Below, in pieces: positions 52,695 through 64,000 of a DNA stretch of 64,000 bases. Below the pieces are notes generated by a model. That model saw only the letters and a list, made by a program, of their open reading frames with translations, did not search any database and had not been told where the DNA came from. The stretch is from contig JAPDFW010000060.1 of assembly GCA_028826165.1 (NCBI GenBank), positions 248,001 through 312,000 on the forward strand. Direction: 5' to 3'. The translations under genes were made by a program, and so were the position numbers. Position 1 is the stretch's first letter; each line of letters starts with the position of its first letter. This DNA comes from Anaeramoeba ignava BMAN. Its lineage: Eukaryota > Protista > Anaeramoebae.

Positions 52695-55600
52695 ATGAAT
52701 CAAAATCAAATTTCCAATCAAATTCAAAATCAAATTGAAGAAATTTTAATAAATTTTTTTGAAAAAACTTTTGTTGAAATTGAAAACAAATTAGAACAAA
52801 AGTTTGAACAAAAATTTGAACAAATGGAAAGAAGAATTAGAAATTTAGAAGAATTAATGATTCAAAACAAACAAAATTTTAATGAAAATTCAAATCAAGA
52901 AATTCCAATTCAAATTCCAATTCAAATTCCAATTCCAAATGAATTTACAAATGAATTGACATATCAACTCACAAATCAAATTTCAAATCAATTCACAAAT
53001 CAAATTGAAAATGAAAATCCAGAAGAAACTCAAGCAAGAGAATTTTTACAAAAAATCAAAGATGGTCAATGTAAATCAATTTTAAATTAATTTTAAATCA
53101 ATTTTATATCAATTTTAAATCAATTTTATATCAATTTTATATCAATTTTATATCAATTTTATATCAATTTTATATCAATTTTATATCAATTTTATATCAA
53201 TTTTATATCAATTTTATATCAATTTTAAATCAATTTTAAATCAATTTTAAATTAATTTTAAATCAATTTTAAATCAATTTTAAATCAATTTTAAATCAAT
53301 TTTAAATCAATTTTAAATCAATTTTAAATCAATTTTAAATCAATTTTAAATCAATTTTAAATCAATTTTAAATCAATTTTAAATCAATTTTAAATCAATT
53401 TTAAATCAATTTTAAATCAATTTTATATCAATTTTAAATCAATTTTAAATCAATTTTAAATTAATTTTAAATCAATTTTAAATCAATTTTTATATCAAAT
53501 TTATATCAATTTTTAAATCAATTTTATATCAATTTTTATATCAATTTTATATCAATTTTAAATCAATTTTAAATCAATTTTTAAATCAATTTTTAAATTA
53601 ATTTTAAATTAATTTTAAATCAATTTTTATATTAATTTTAAATCAATTTTAAATCAATTTTATATCAATTTTAAATCAATTTTAAATCAATTTTAAATTA
53701 ATTTTATATCAATTTTATATCAATTTTAAATCAATTTTAAATCAATTTTAAATCAATTTTAAATCAATTTTAAATCAATTTTAAATCAATTTTAAATCAA
53801 TTTTATATTAATTTTAAATCAATTTTAAATCAATTTTAATTCAAATTTAAATCAATTTTTAAATCAATTTTTAAATCAATTTTATATCAATTTTATATCA
53901 ATTTTAAATCAATTTTATATCAATTTTATATTAATTTTAAATCAATTTTATATCAATTTTATATTAATTTTAAATTAATTTTATATTAATTTTAAATCAA
54001 TTTTTATATCAATTTTATATCAATTTTAAATCAATTTTAAATTAATTTTAAATCAATTTTATATTAATTTTAAATCAATTTTATATCAATTTTATATCAA
54101 TTTTAAATCAATTTTAAATAAATTTTAAATCAATTTTATATTAATTTTAAATCAATTTTATATCAATTTTATATCAATTTTATATCAATTTTAAATCAAT
54201 TTTAAATCAATTTTAAATCAATTTTATATCAATTTTATATCAATTTTCAAAATTTTAATTCAATTTTAATTCAATTTTATATCAATTTTAATCAATTTTA
54301 TATCAATTTTAAATCAATTTTAAATCAATTTTAATTCAAATTTAAATCAAAAGTTGAAAATCAAGATTTACAAATTGAAATTCATCAAGTTTCAAAATGG
54401 ATGATTCAATTCCCTTTGAATATAAAAATTCAAGAAAATGGATGCTTTTTTTTCCATCAATTTCCTTATCCTTTTGATGGTAAAACAAAAAATTTCCAAA
54501 TTTTATCTTTTTAATTAATTAATTTATTTATAAAAAAAGAAAGTGAATATGAACTTGAAAAAAATATAACTGAATCAATTATCAAAGCAATGAATACTTT
54601 TCAAAACAATCATCAAATTCAATTTCATGGAGGAAATTTCTTATTAACTTTAACATTTTTGAATGAAAGTAATCAAATTAAAATTAAAATTAAAATCAAA
54701 ATTAAAATCAAAATTAAAATCAAAATCAAATTCAAATTCAAAATCAAATTCAAAATCAAAATCAAATTCAAAATCAAATTCAAATTCAAATTCAAAATCA
54801 AATTCAAAATCAAATTCAAATTCAAATTCAAATTCAAATTCAAATTCAAATTCAAAATCAAAATCAAAATCAAATTCAAATTCAAAATCAATTTCAAAAT
54901 CAAAATCAAAATCAAAATTAAAATCAAAATCAAATTCAAATTCAAAATCAAAATTAAAATCAAAATATAAATTAAAATATAAATTAAAATCAAAATCAAA
55001 ATCAAAATCAAAATCAAAATTAAAATCAAAATTAAAATCAAAATTAAAATCAAAATCAAATTCAAAATCAAAATCAAAATCAAATTCAAATTCAAATTCA
55101 AAATTAAAATCAAAATCAAAATCAAAATCAAAATCAAAATCAAATTCAAAATTAGCAAAAAGAGAACAATTTAGAATTTTAAACGGAATTGAAGCAATAA
55201 TTAAAACTATGAAAAATTTCCCTCAAGATCAAAATGTTCAAATTAATGGTTCCAAATTATTGATTGATCTTACAACAGATAATGAAAGTTTGCTATTCTT
55301 CTTTTTTTATTTTTAAAAATTTTCAAAAGAAAAAAACATTTTTTTTGATAAGTTTATTCAATTTTTTTACATTTAAAAAACAAAAACAAAAAAGACAATC
55401 AAATTCAAGTTGGAATTTCTGAAGGAATTCAAACAGTTCTTAATTCAATGAATAATTTTCAAAATGACAGAAATATTCAAATTATCGGATGTCAAAGTTT
55501 AATGAAAATTTGTCAAGGAAATTTAAGTAAATCCTCTTTTATTCAAAATGAATTGATTTTTTCGTTTTTTTTTTTACTTAATCTTTTTAAAAAAAATGAT

Positions 55601-58600
55601 ATTTTTTTGTTAAATTAATAGACAATCAAAGTTTATTTGGTGAATCTCAAGGAATTGAAACTTTATTGAAAATATCAACTAATTTCTCAAATGATGAAGA
55701 AGTTCTTTTTCAATTTTTCCACATTTTATTGATTGTTTGTGAAAATCATTCAAGTAATTTTACTTAATTAACACTTTTTTTGAGATTGAGAAAGAAAACT
55801 AATCAAAATACCAAAAACAAAATAGATAATTTATTTAAAGTTATGGAATCTAGTGCAATTCAAAACTTATTATTTCTTATGAATAAATTTTTATCAAATG
55901 AAAGTATTCAACAATTTGGATGTGCAATTTTCAATCATTTAACATTTGAAATCAAATGTAACTCAATTCTTTTTTTAATATAAAGAAATATAAAGTTTCA
56001 ATCTAAAATTTCAATCATAAAATTAGGTTCTCTTGAGATACAAAGAATAAAAGGAATTGAAACAATAATTAAATCAATGAATAATTTTCCAGAAAATGAA
56101 GAATTGCAAATGCATTGTTGTCAATTTTTAGCAAACATATCTTTTCAAAACAAAAGTAAGAATAAAATTAAAAGAAAATATCTTAATAGAATCACATTAT
56201 TTAAAATGCAAAAAATATTCATTTAAATAATTAATAGATATTCAAGATGAAATTCAAAATTTAAATGGAATTCAACTTATTATTACAGCAATGAATAATT
56301 TTCCAAATAGTCAAGCTATTCAGAGTATAGGATGTTTCAGTTTATCGAAAATTTCTTTTGATAATCCAGGTAAGATAAAGATAAAGATGAAGATAAAGAT
56401 AAATAAAAATATCTAATCAAAAAAATAGAAAATCAAAAGAAAATTAAAGAATTAGGAGGAATTGAAGCTATTATGAAAGCAATCAATCTATTTTTCCAAC
56501 AAGAAGATTTCAGAAAAAGTTATAATGAAATTCTCAGATCTGTTTTCAATGTTTATGGTAATTTCCTTTTAAAAAAAAAAGTTTTTTTCTTTTTAAAAAT
56601 TTTTCACTTTTTAATTTTTACTTTCCAAAATTTAGGAAATCCAAAAAAAGTAACAAAGAATTAATCAATAACTCAAAAACAAAAAACATTTCCAAATAAA
56701 TATTAATTAATTAATAACAAAAATCACAGAAAAGATTATTGAAATTTTCTATAAATGAATTTCAACCAACAATTCAAATTATGAATACTTTTATTCATAA
56801 TGAAGTTATTCAAGAATATGGATTAACCTATTGCTTAAATTTAATGAATTTTAATTTTGGTAAAAAAAAATCACAAAGAAAAAAAAAAAGATAAAAAGGA
56901 ATTAATTTTATTCCACATTTTTTTTTATTCAGATCCTGAAAAGAAAAAAGCATTTGAATTTTCTGAAACTGGACAAATTATTAATATTATGAACCATTTT
57001 TTTAAAAATGAAAAGATTCAAAAAAAAGGAACTAGAATTTTAAGAATTTTTGTTGAAAAAAGTCGTAAATTAAATTTAAATTTAATTTAAATTGAATTAA
57101 ATTCTTCTTTTGATTTTTCAATTTAGAACAACAATCATTCCAAAAAATTGAATGGATGCATGTTTTAAATAATACAATGAAAAACTTTTTAACAAATGAA
57201 GAAATTTCACTTGATGCTTTATTTATTTCAAGATGCATTTTTTCTGGAATTCATAGTATTGTTTTAAATGAAATTTTCTTTTCATTCTTTTTTCCTTTTG
57301 TATTTTTGAATCAATAAAATAGATGATCCACGTACAAAAATAGAATCTGAACCTATTTTACAAAAGATGAAATTGATTGATACAATAATCAATTTAATCA
57401 ATCATTATCGAAAAAATCAAGATATTCAAATTGAAGCATTTTTTGTTTTAGAAAGTCTTTGCACAAGTTATGAAGGTTCATTTTATCAAATCAAATCAAA
57501 TCAAATCTAAGAAAAAGATTAAAAAAAAAATATTTTTTAATTAAAATTCTTTAGCAATCCAAAAACATTTAATAAAAGAATGTCAAGGAATTGAAATTGT
57601 ATTAAATGTAATGAATATTTTCTCAACAATTCAAGAAATTCAACAAAGAGGAATTACAATTTTATCAATCCTTACTTTGAATAGTGAAGGTAAAAAAAAG
57701 AAAAGAAAAAAATTCATTTTCCAAAAATTTTATCAAAAAAAAAAAAATAAGAAACTAAAAATGCAATTAGAGAATGTCAAGGAATTGAAATAATAATCAC
57801 TGCTCTTAATAATTTTGCCAATTCTTTCGAAATTCAATACAGTTCTTTTCGTGCTCTTAGAAACCTTAGTTTCAATAATGAAAGTAAATAATATTTATTT
57901 TAATCCAAAAACATTTTTACATTTATAAATTCTTTAATAAAAACAAAAATCAATAGAAAATCAAATTTTAATCAAAAACTTAAAAGGAATTGATTTGATA
58001 ATTAAAGCAATCTTTCAATTTCCAAACAAAGGAAATCTTATATTTGTAGCTTGTGATGTTATTTTTAATCTAATTTTCCGAACACAAGGTAATATTTTTT
58101 TTATATCAAATTTTTTCCATTTAATTTAATCTAATTTCCCATTTCAATCCAAAAAAAATCCAATAGAAAATCAAAATCAAGTAAATTTTGAAAAGAAAGA
58201 ACATTAAAAAAAAACATTTTTAAATCATATCTTTTTTGTTTTCAAATAGAATTTAATTTCTAATGAAGATTCTTATAAAGGATTAAAATTATTATTAAAA
58301 CAAATGAGTGATTTTCCAAATAGTGAAGAATATCAAAAATTTGGATCTTTTATTTTAGCAAGTGTTTCTTTCCGAACTAGATGGTCTTTTAATAGTATTT
58401 TTCAATAATAATCAAAAGAAAAATTAAATCAAAATCAATTTAAAAAAAAAAAATCAATAGAAAATATTGAAAAAATTTTAAGATTGAAAGGAATTGAAAC
58501 AATAATTAAAGCAATGAATAATTTTCCAAATCAATTCGAAATTCAATTTCAAGGATGCAAAACATTAGCAAATCTTTGTATAGAAGAAAGTAAACAATTT

Positions 58601-59333
58601 AAAAAAAAAAAAAACACAATTTAAAAAATGGAATTTGAAAATATAAACATTTTCAAAATAGATGGGAAGTTAATCATCAAAAAATCAAAAGGAATTGAAA
58701 CAATAATTAAAGCAATGAATAATTTTCCCACCAATAATGGAATTCAACTTCATGGATGTTGGGTTTTTGCTGAAACGGGAACAGATCCATGTAAAAATCA
58801 AATTCAAATTCAAAATTCAAAATTCAAAATCAAATTCAAATTCAAATTCAAATTCAAATTCAAATTCAAATTCAAAATTCAAATTAAAATTAAATTCAAA
58901 ATCAAATTTAAAATCAAAAACAAAATCAAATTCAATATCAAATTTAATATCAAATTCAATATCAAATTTAATATCAAATTTAATATCAAATTCAAAATCA
59001 AATAGCGATAGTAGTAAAGATTAAGAAAGGAAAAGGAATTGAATCAATAATAAAAGCAATGGAAAATTTCCCATTAAATGAAGAAATTCAAGAAGAAGGA
59101 TCCACTTCACTTTTAAGATTATTAGCAAGTAAAAAAGGTAATTTAATTTATTCTCCTTTTTTTTTTTTCATTCCACTTTTTGTTTTAATATATATATTTT
59201 TTTTAATTTAGTTAATCCAAATGAAATTAAGAAATTAAATGGAGTTGAAGTGATTTCAAAAACACAAATGAATTTTCCAACAAGAAGTAAAGTAACAAAA
59301 ATAGTAAATGAATTATTAGGATATTTTAAATAA
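52695..59333 (+). CDS. Armadillo-like repeat protein (aardvark/LRRK2-ARM type), about 21 repeats, N-terminal coiled coil; 24 exons
   Basis: Exons 52695-53070, 54354-54479, 54540-54668, 55156-55287, 55395-55526, 55622-55753, 55826-55957, 56027-56155, 56238-56369, 56429-56557, 56636-56649, 56730-56859, 56933-57064, 57127-57255, 57323(or 57344)-57475, 57555-57689, 57752-57883, 57957-58088, 58167-58180, 58250-58394, 58461-58589, 58662-58790, 59006-59137, 59212-59333. They splice to an open frame with consensus GIExIIKAMNNFPxNxxIQxxGCxxLxxL. Confidence 0.88.
53071..54353 (+). repeat. Intronic 11-mer (tcaattttaaa / tcaattttata) array, ARM gene intron 1
   Basis: About 1.3 kb of tandem 11-mers from donor to acceptor. 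Confidence 0.9.
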
Positions 59334-59464
59334 AGAAAACAAAAGAAAACAAAAGAAAACAAAAAACGAACTTTCCAAAATTATTTTTCATTTTTCTTCT
59401 TTCATTTTTTTTATTTTTTCTTTTTATTTTAAAAACAAAACAAAACAAAAAAAAAAGAGAATAA

Positions 59465-62400
59465 ATGAGTTCACCATCTTTTCCAGTTGCTTTTGCTGGT
59501 TTTACTTTTCTTTTTGGAATTGTTTTAATTTTTTTTGTTTTTTATTCTTCTCGTTTATGGGCAAGAGTTTTAACGTTTCTTATAAATAGATTTGTAAAAG
59601 ATACAAAAATAAAGATTGGTAAATTTAAAATATAATTTAAAAAAAAAAATCAACAAAACAATTAAAAAATTAAATTAAAAATTAAAAGGAATTTTAAATA
59701 CAACTATTTTAAGTGGGAAAATTATTCTTAAAAATGTTTCTATTTCAACAAAAGATTATATAGTTCATATTTTAGATATTGTTATTACTCTTAGATTTTG
59801 GAAAAAAAAAGTTAGATCATTTGGGAATCAAAATGGTAAATCAATTCCAAATTAAATTAAATTAAATTAAATTAAATCAAATTAAACCAAATCAAATCAA
59901 TTCCAATTCAAATCAAATTAAATTCAAAATCAATTCCAAATTAAATCAATTCCAAATCAATTCCAAATTAAATCAATTCCAAATCAATTCCAAATCAAAT
60001 CAATTTCAAATCAATTCCAAATTAAATCAATTCCAAATCAAATTAAATTAAATCAAATCAAATCAATTCCAAATCAATTCCAAATCAAATTAAATTAAAT
60101 TAAATTAAATTAAATCAAATCAAAATCAATTCCAAATCAAATACCAAATCAAATCCAAATCCAAACCAAACCAAATCCAAATTAAATCAATTCAAATCAA
60201 TTCCAAATCAATTCAAATCAAATCAAATTAAATTAAATCAAATCAAAATCAATCAAATCAATTTAAATTAAATTCCAAAATTCCAAATTAAATAAATTAA
60301 ATCAAATAAATTAAATCAATTCCAAATCAAATTCCAAATTAAATTAAATTAAATCAATTCAAATCAATTTCAAATCAAACCAAATCAAATTAAATCAATT
60401 CAAATCAAAATCAAATCAATTCAAATCAATTTAAATCAAATCAAAAATCAATTCCAAATCAAATCCAAATTAAATCAAATCAAATCAATTCCAAATCAAA
60501 TCAAATTAAATCAAATCAATTCCAAATCAATTCCAAATCAAATCAAATTAAATCAAATCAATTCCAAATCAATTCCAAATCAATTCAAATCAATTCCAAA
60601 TCAAATCAATTCCAAATTAAATTAAATCAAATCAAATCAAATTAAATTAAATCAATTCCAAATTAAATTAATTCCAAATCAAATCAAATCAAGTTCAAAT
60701 TAAATTAAATTATTTTTTATTAAATTATTTAATTATTTAATTATTTAAATTAAATTTTGTATAAAAAATAGCAAATCTTCCATCAAGAATTCGTATTGAA
60801 ATGGGAGGTGTTGAATTATCAATGTTAAATAATACTGGAATGTTTACTCAAATTCTTAAAAGAATTACATCTAATTCTTCTGAAAAAAGTGAAAAAAGTG
60901 AATCCAAAAAAAAAATTGAAGAAACAAAAATCCAAACCGAATACGCACCAAGTTTTTTTCAACTATTCGCTCCAACAGTTGATATAAAAATATCAAAATT
61001 AGCTGTTAATCTGGGTAATCCAGATATCCCAGATATGATTCAAGTTTATTTCAAAAGAGCAACAGGCATTTATTATCGAGAAAAAGTAAAAAAAATAATT
61101 TAATCCAAAAAAAAAAAGCAAAAAAATTTATAAATAAAAAAAAATGACACTTTTTTGTTTTTGCTTTTTTTAAAAGGCAACTCATAAAGAAGATCTTTAT
61201 AAAAGAGTTTTGGATTTAGAACTGTATAAATTTTATATCAAATCTCTCCCAAATCCTGATTTTGAACAAAGTGATTCAAATGATTCACTTATGGATAATT
61301 CAGAAAAAAACAAATTAACAGATTATTTAAAAACAAATACAAATGAAATGGATTTTTTTGCTTGGAGTTTTGCAAATGATATTCTTGGGTCAAAAAACCC
61401 TAAATTTAAAACAAAAAATAACCAACCAAAATTTGATTTTGAATCCAAAAAAAGACCCAAAATTGAAAATAAATTATTGATGAAAATTTTCCAAATGGTT
61501 TGCAATGATTCAACAGAACCTTCAAATATTTTAATAGCAAAGAGGATGAAATTAAAATATTATTCTGATGTTCCAGGAAAAACTACGAAATCAAATGATC
61601 TACAACCAAAATTGAGTCCAAAAAAAAATCCAAAAATAAATCCTCAAAAAAAAATGATTCCAAATATTTCTTCATTACCAAAACAAGGAATCAATATTCA
61701 GTTTTTTGAAACACAAATCAAATACGGACCTTTAACAGATAAGGTTCGGTTTCATTTACAAAGTTTTTTCTTTCCTTTTACATTTGAAAACCAAAAAATT
61801 GTCAAATTTGATCAACTCAAATCAAGAATTTCTGCTTTTCTTAATATTGAAATTGTTTTTCATAATGGATTTGTAATGGAAATTCCTTTTGTTGATGTTA
61901 AAGGTGTTGAACAACAACTAGTTCAGAATCAACAAAATATAGAAAAAGATGAAGAAAAAAATTCAGAATCTATAAATTTAAATAGAGTTGATGATTTACA
62001 TAATTTTCGGAAAAAGAAAGAAAATCAAACTCAAAATCAAAATCCAAAAAATATAGAAAAGATAAAGCAAGTTAATCATCAAAATATTCATGAATCAAAT
62101 CAAATCAATCTTGTAAAGAATGATTTTGAATTAGCAAATTCAGAAAAAACACAAAGTTCAGATTTGGAAATCATTGATAATGAAATAGATGATGATTATG
62201 ATAATTTTAATAATAGAAATCAAAACCAAAACCAAAACCAAAATCAAAATCAAAATCAAGAATTTAATATTGAAAATGATGAAAATATTGAAAATGATTT
62301 TTTACAACAAATCTCAGAATCAATTCAATCCAAAAAGGCATGGTGTAAAATTACAGTTTCCCAAACAAGTAAAATAAATATGAAATTCCCGTCAATTGCA

Positions 62401-64000
62401 ATTGATCCTGAAAAAGGAGCATGCATGAAAATAAAAGGAAAATTAAATCAAATTCATATTGAATGGAATGAATTAGGATCAAGATTTTGTCTTTCAGGTT
62501 TAATTTTAATTTCAATTTCAAAATAATTTTAATTTAATTTCAAAATAATTTTAATTTCAAAATAATTTTAAATCAAAAAAGATTCTTTGGAAATAGATGC
62601 TAAAATACAAAGTCCTATTAATTGGATGGATGAACATAATTGGATTTTTACACTTTCATTTTTGAAACCTTCATTCTTTTATTTAGCAAGACACCAAAAT
62701 CTGTTTCAATCATTAATATGGCTTTGGACTGCACCTGTTGCAAGATCAACTAAATTCCAAAAACATATGCAAGAAATGATGAATCAATCATGTTTTTTTG
62801 TTCCTACTAAATTTCACTTTATTGTTAATTGTTCTGATTATAATTTCTCTCTTTGTACAAATGATTTTAATATTATTGAAGGAACTGAAAAACAATCCCA
62901 AAATAATCTTCTTGTTTTTTCTGGTCATCGATTTTTAGCAAATATTTATCTTGGAGGTGTTGAATTTGATCCAAAAACTAATGAAACAAAATTTGATTTA
63001 AATTTTGAAAATTTAACAATCGCATTTTTTCCATCAGAATCAAGTCAAATTTGGAAAAGAAAAAGGGAATCTGATAAAGAAAAATGTTTTCTTTCAAATT
63101 CACAAAATAAAGTGAATAATGAAAATCGAAATGAAAATCAAAATCAAAATGAAAATCAAAATCAAAATCAAAATCAAAATGAAAATGAAAATGAAAATGA
63201 AAATGATGATTTTAATATTAATGAAAATATTAATGATAATGAAAATAAAATGTGCAAAATTAAATCAAAAAATGAAAAATTATTTACCAAATCACTTAAA
63301 ATATCAGCTATTTATCAAGTAAATACTTATTATGATCCAAAATTTGTAGATGTTTTTCTAATTAATGTTGAATTTTTGAATACAAGAAGTGGACTTCAAG
63401 GATATTTAATTACACAATATTTTAATTTTATTTTCAATTATTTTGGAGGGAATTCTCAAGATAAAACAACAACTCAATTTAATAATGAAGCATTCCATCG
63501 AATTAGGAATTCTCAAAATTTAGTCGATTCAGTTTTTTCATATAATCATCATCATAAAAATCAAAATCAAAATCAAAATCAAATACAGAAAAGAAATATA
63601 TTTGAAGTTTCAATTAAATGTTTCTTCAAAAAATTTGTTGGATATTTGCCCTTAAATCTTTATTCCTCGCAAAAGAATATCAGAGTCAAAATACAAGAAG
63701 TTTCTCTTGATTTCTTTTCAGGATTTGCAACAAGCTGTCTAATTGTTTCAACAACACCAATTATTTTCCATTTTCCTAAAACAAATCATTTATTACAAAG
63801 CTTTGCAAACCAAAAAATTGAAAAGAAAAAAGAAGCAAATTGTATTCGAATTGATTCATTGAATTTTCTTATGGAATCTGATTTTTATCGCTTACCTAAT
63901 ATGATTGATATAATTCCTATCGATAGAATACTTAGTCTTAACTTTGGGAATATTGATGGGATTTGTCAAATAGAAGATCTTGTTAATCTTTCAACTGCAT
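59465..64000 (+). CDS. BLTP1: Bridge-like lipid transfer protein (KIAA1109/Csf1/tweek family), 5' part; runs off the window
   Basis: Exons 59465-59618, 59689-59835, 60772-61085, 61177-62497, 62582->64000. N-terminal TM followed by FYSSRLWARVLTFLINRF, ILSGKIILKNV, ITLRFW, and YGPLTDKVRFHLQSFFFP, which resemble BLTP1 N-terminal motifs. Confidence 0.75.
59836..60771 (+). repeat. Intronic aaatc/aaatt/aattcc mixed 5-6-mer array
   Basis: Fills intron 2 of the BLTP1-like gene. Confidence 0.8.

Noticed and set aside
5402-55316. Many ORFs of poly-IL, KI, DF, FKF, SKSK or LNF
   Set aside because: They are alternative frames or antisense readings of hexamer and 12-mer repeats that lack stops; most lie in introns or overlap QN exons.
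1-64000. Inteins, transposases, tRNA or rRNA genes, non-standard genetic code
   Set aside because: No intein splice motifs, LAGLIDADG, DDE or RT motifs, or structured GC-rich RNA were seen by eye. TAA and TGA end genes normally, and long exons read with the standard code. An HMM or covariance scan would be needed to exclude these fully.

Overview
Very AT-rich, gene-dense eukaryotic (protist) genomic DNA with GT-AG spliceosomal introns. Poly-(QN)/(EN)/(EK) coding tracts and microsatellite-filled introns resemble the anaerobic metamonad Anaeramoeba, but that identification is inference only. Manual splicing gives 12 genes in order: (1) an intronless 14-blade FG-GAP-like + FN3 surface protein; (2) a chimeric BTB-ARM-PH/BEACH/WD40 gene; (3-5) three tandem two-TM Cys-rich genes; (6) a G-protein alpha subunit; (7) a minus-strand CH-RasGAP-PH gene; (8) a DHCR24-like FAD oxidoreductase, followed by a ~144-bp almost pure-AT satellite; (9) an LRR-ADP-ribosylglycohydrolase fusion; (10) a second BEACH paralog; (11) a 24-exon ARM-repeat gene; (12) the 5' part of a BLTP1/Csf1-like gene. 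The main finding is invisible to the ORF track: the ARM gene is built as one repeat per symmetric phase-1 exon cassette (mostly 126-135 nt), and two such cassettes join a BTB module onto a BEACH gene, which points to a phase-1 exon-shuffling toolkit. Several single-base frameshifts in A/T runs are probably assembly errors. All gene models were derived by eye, without transcript data.
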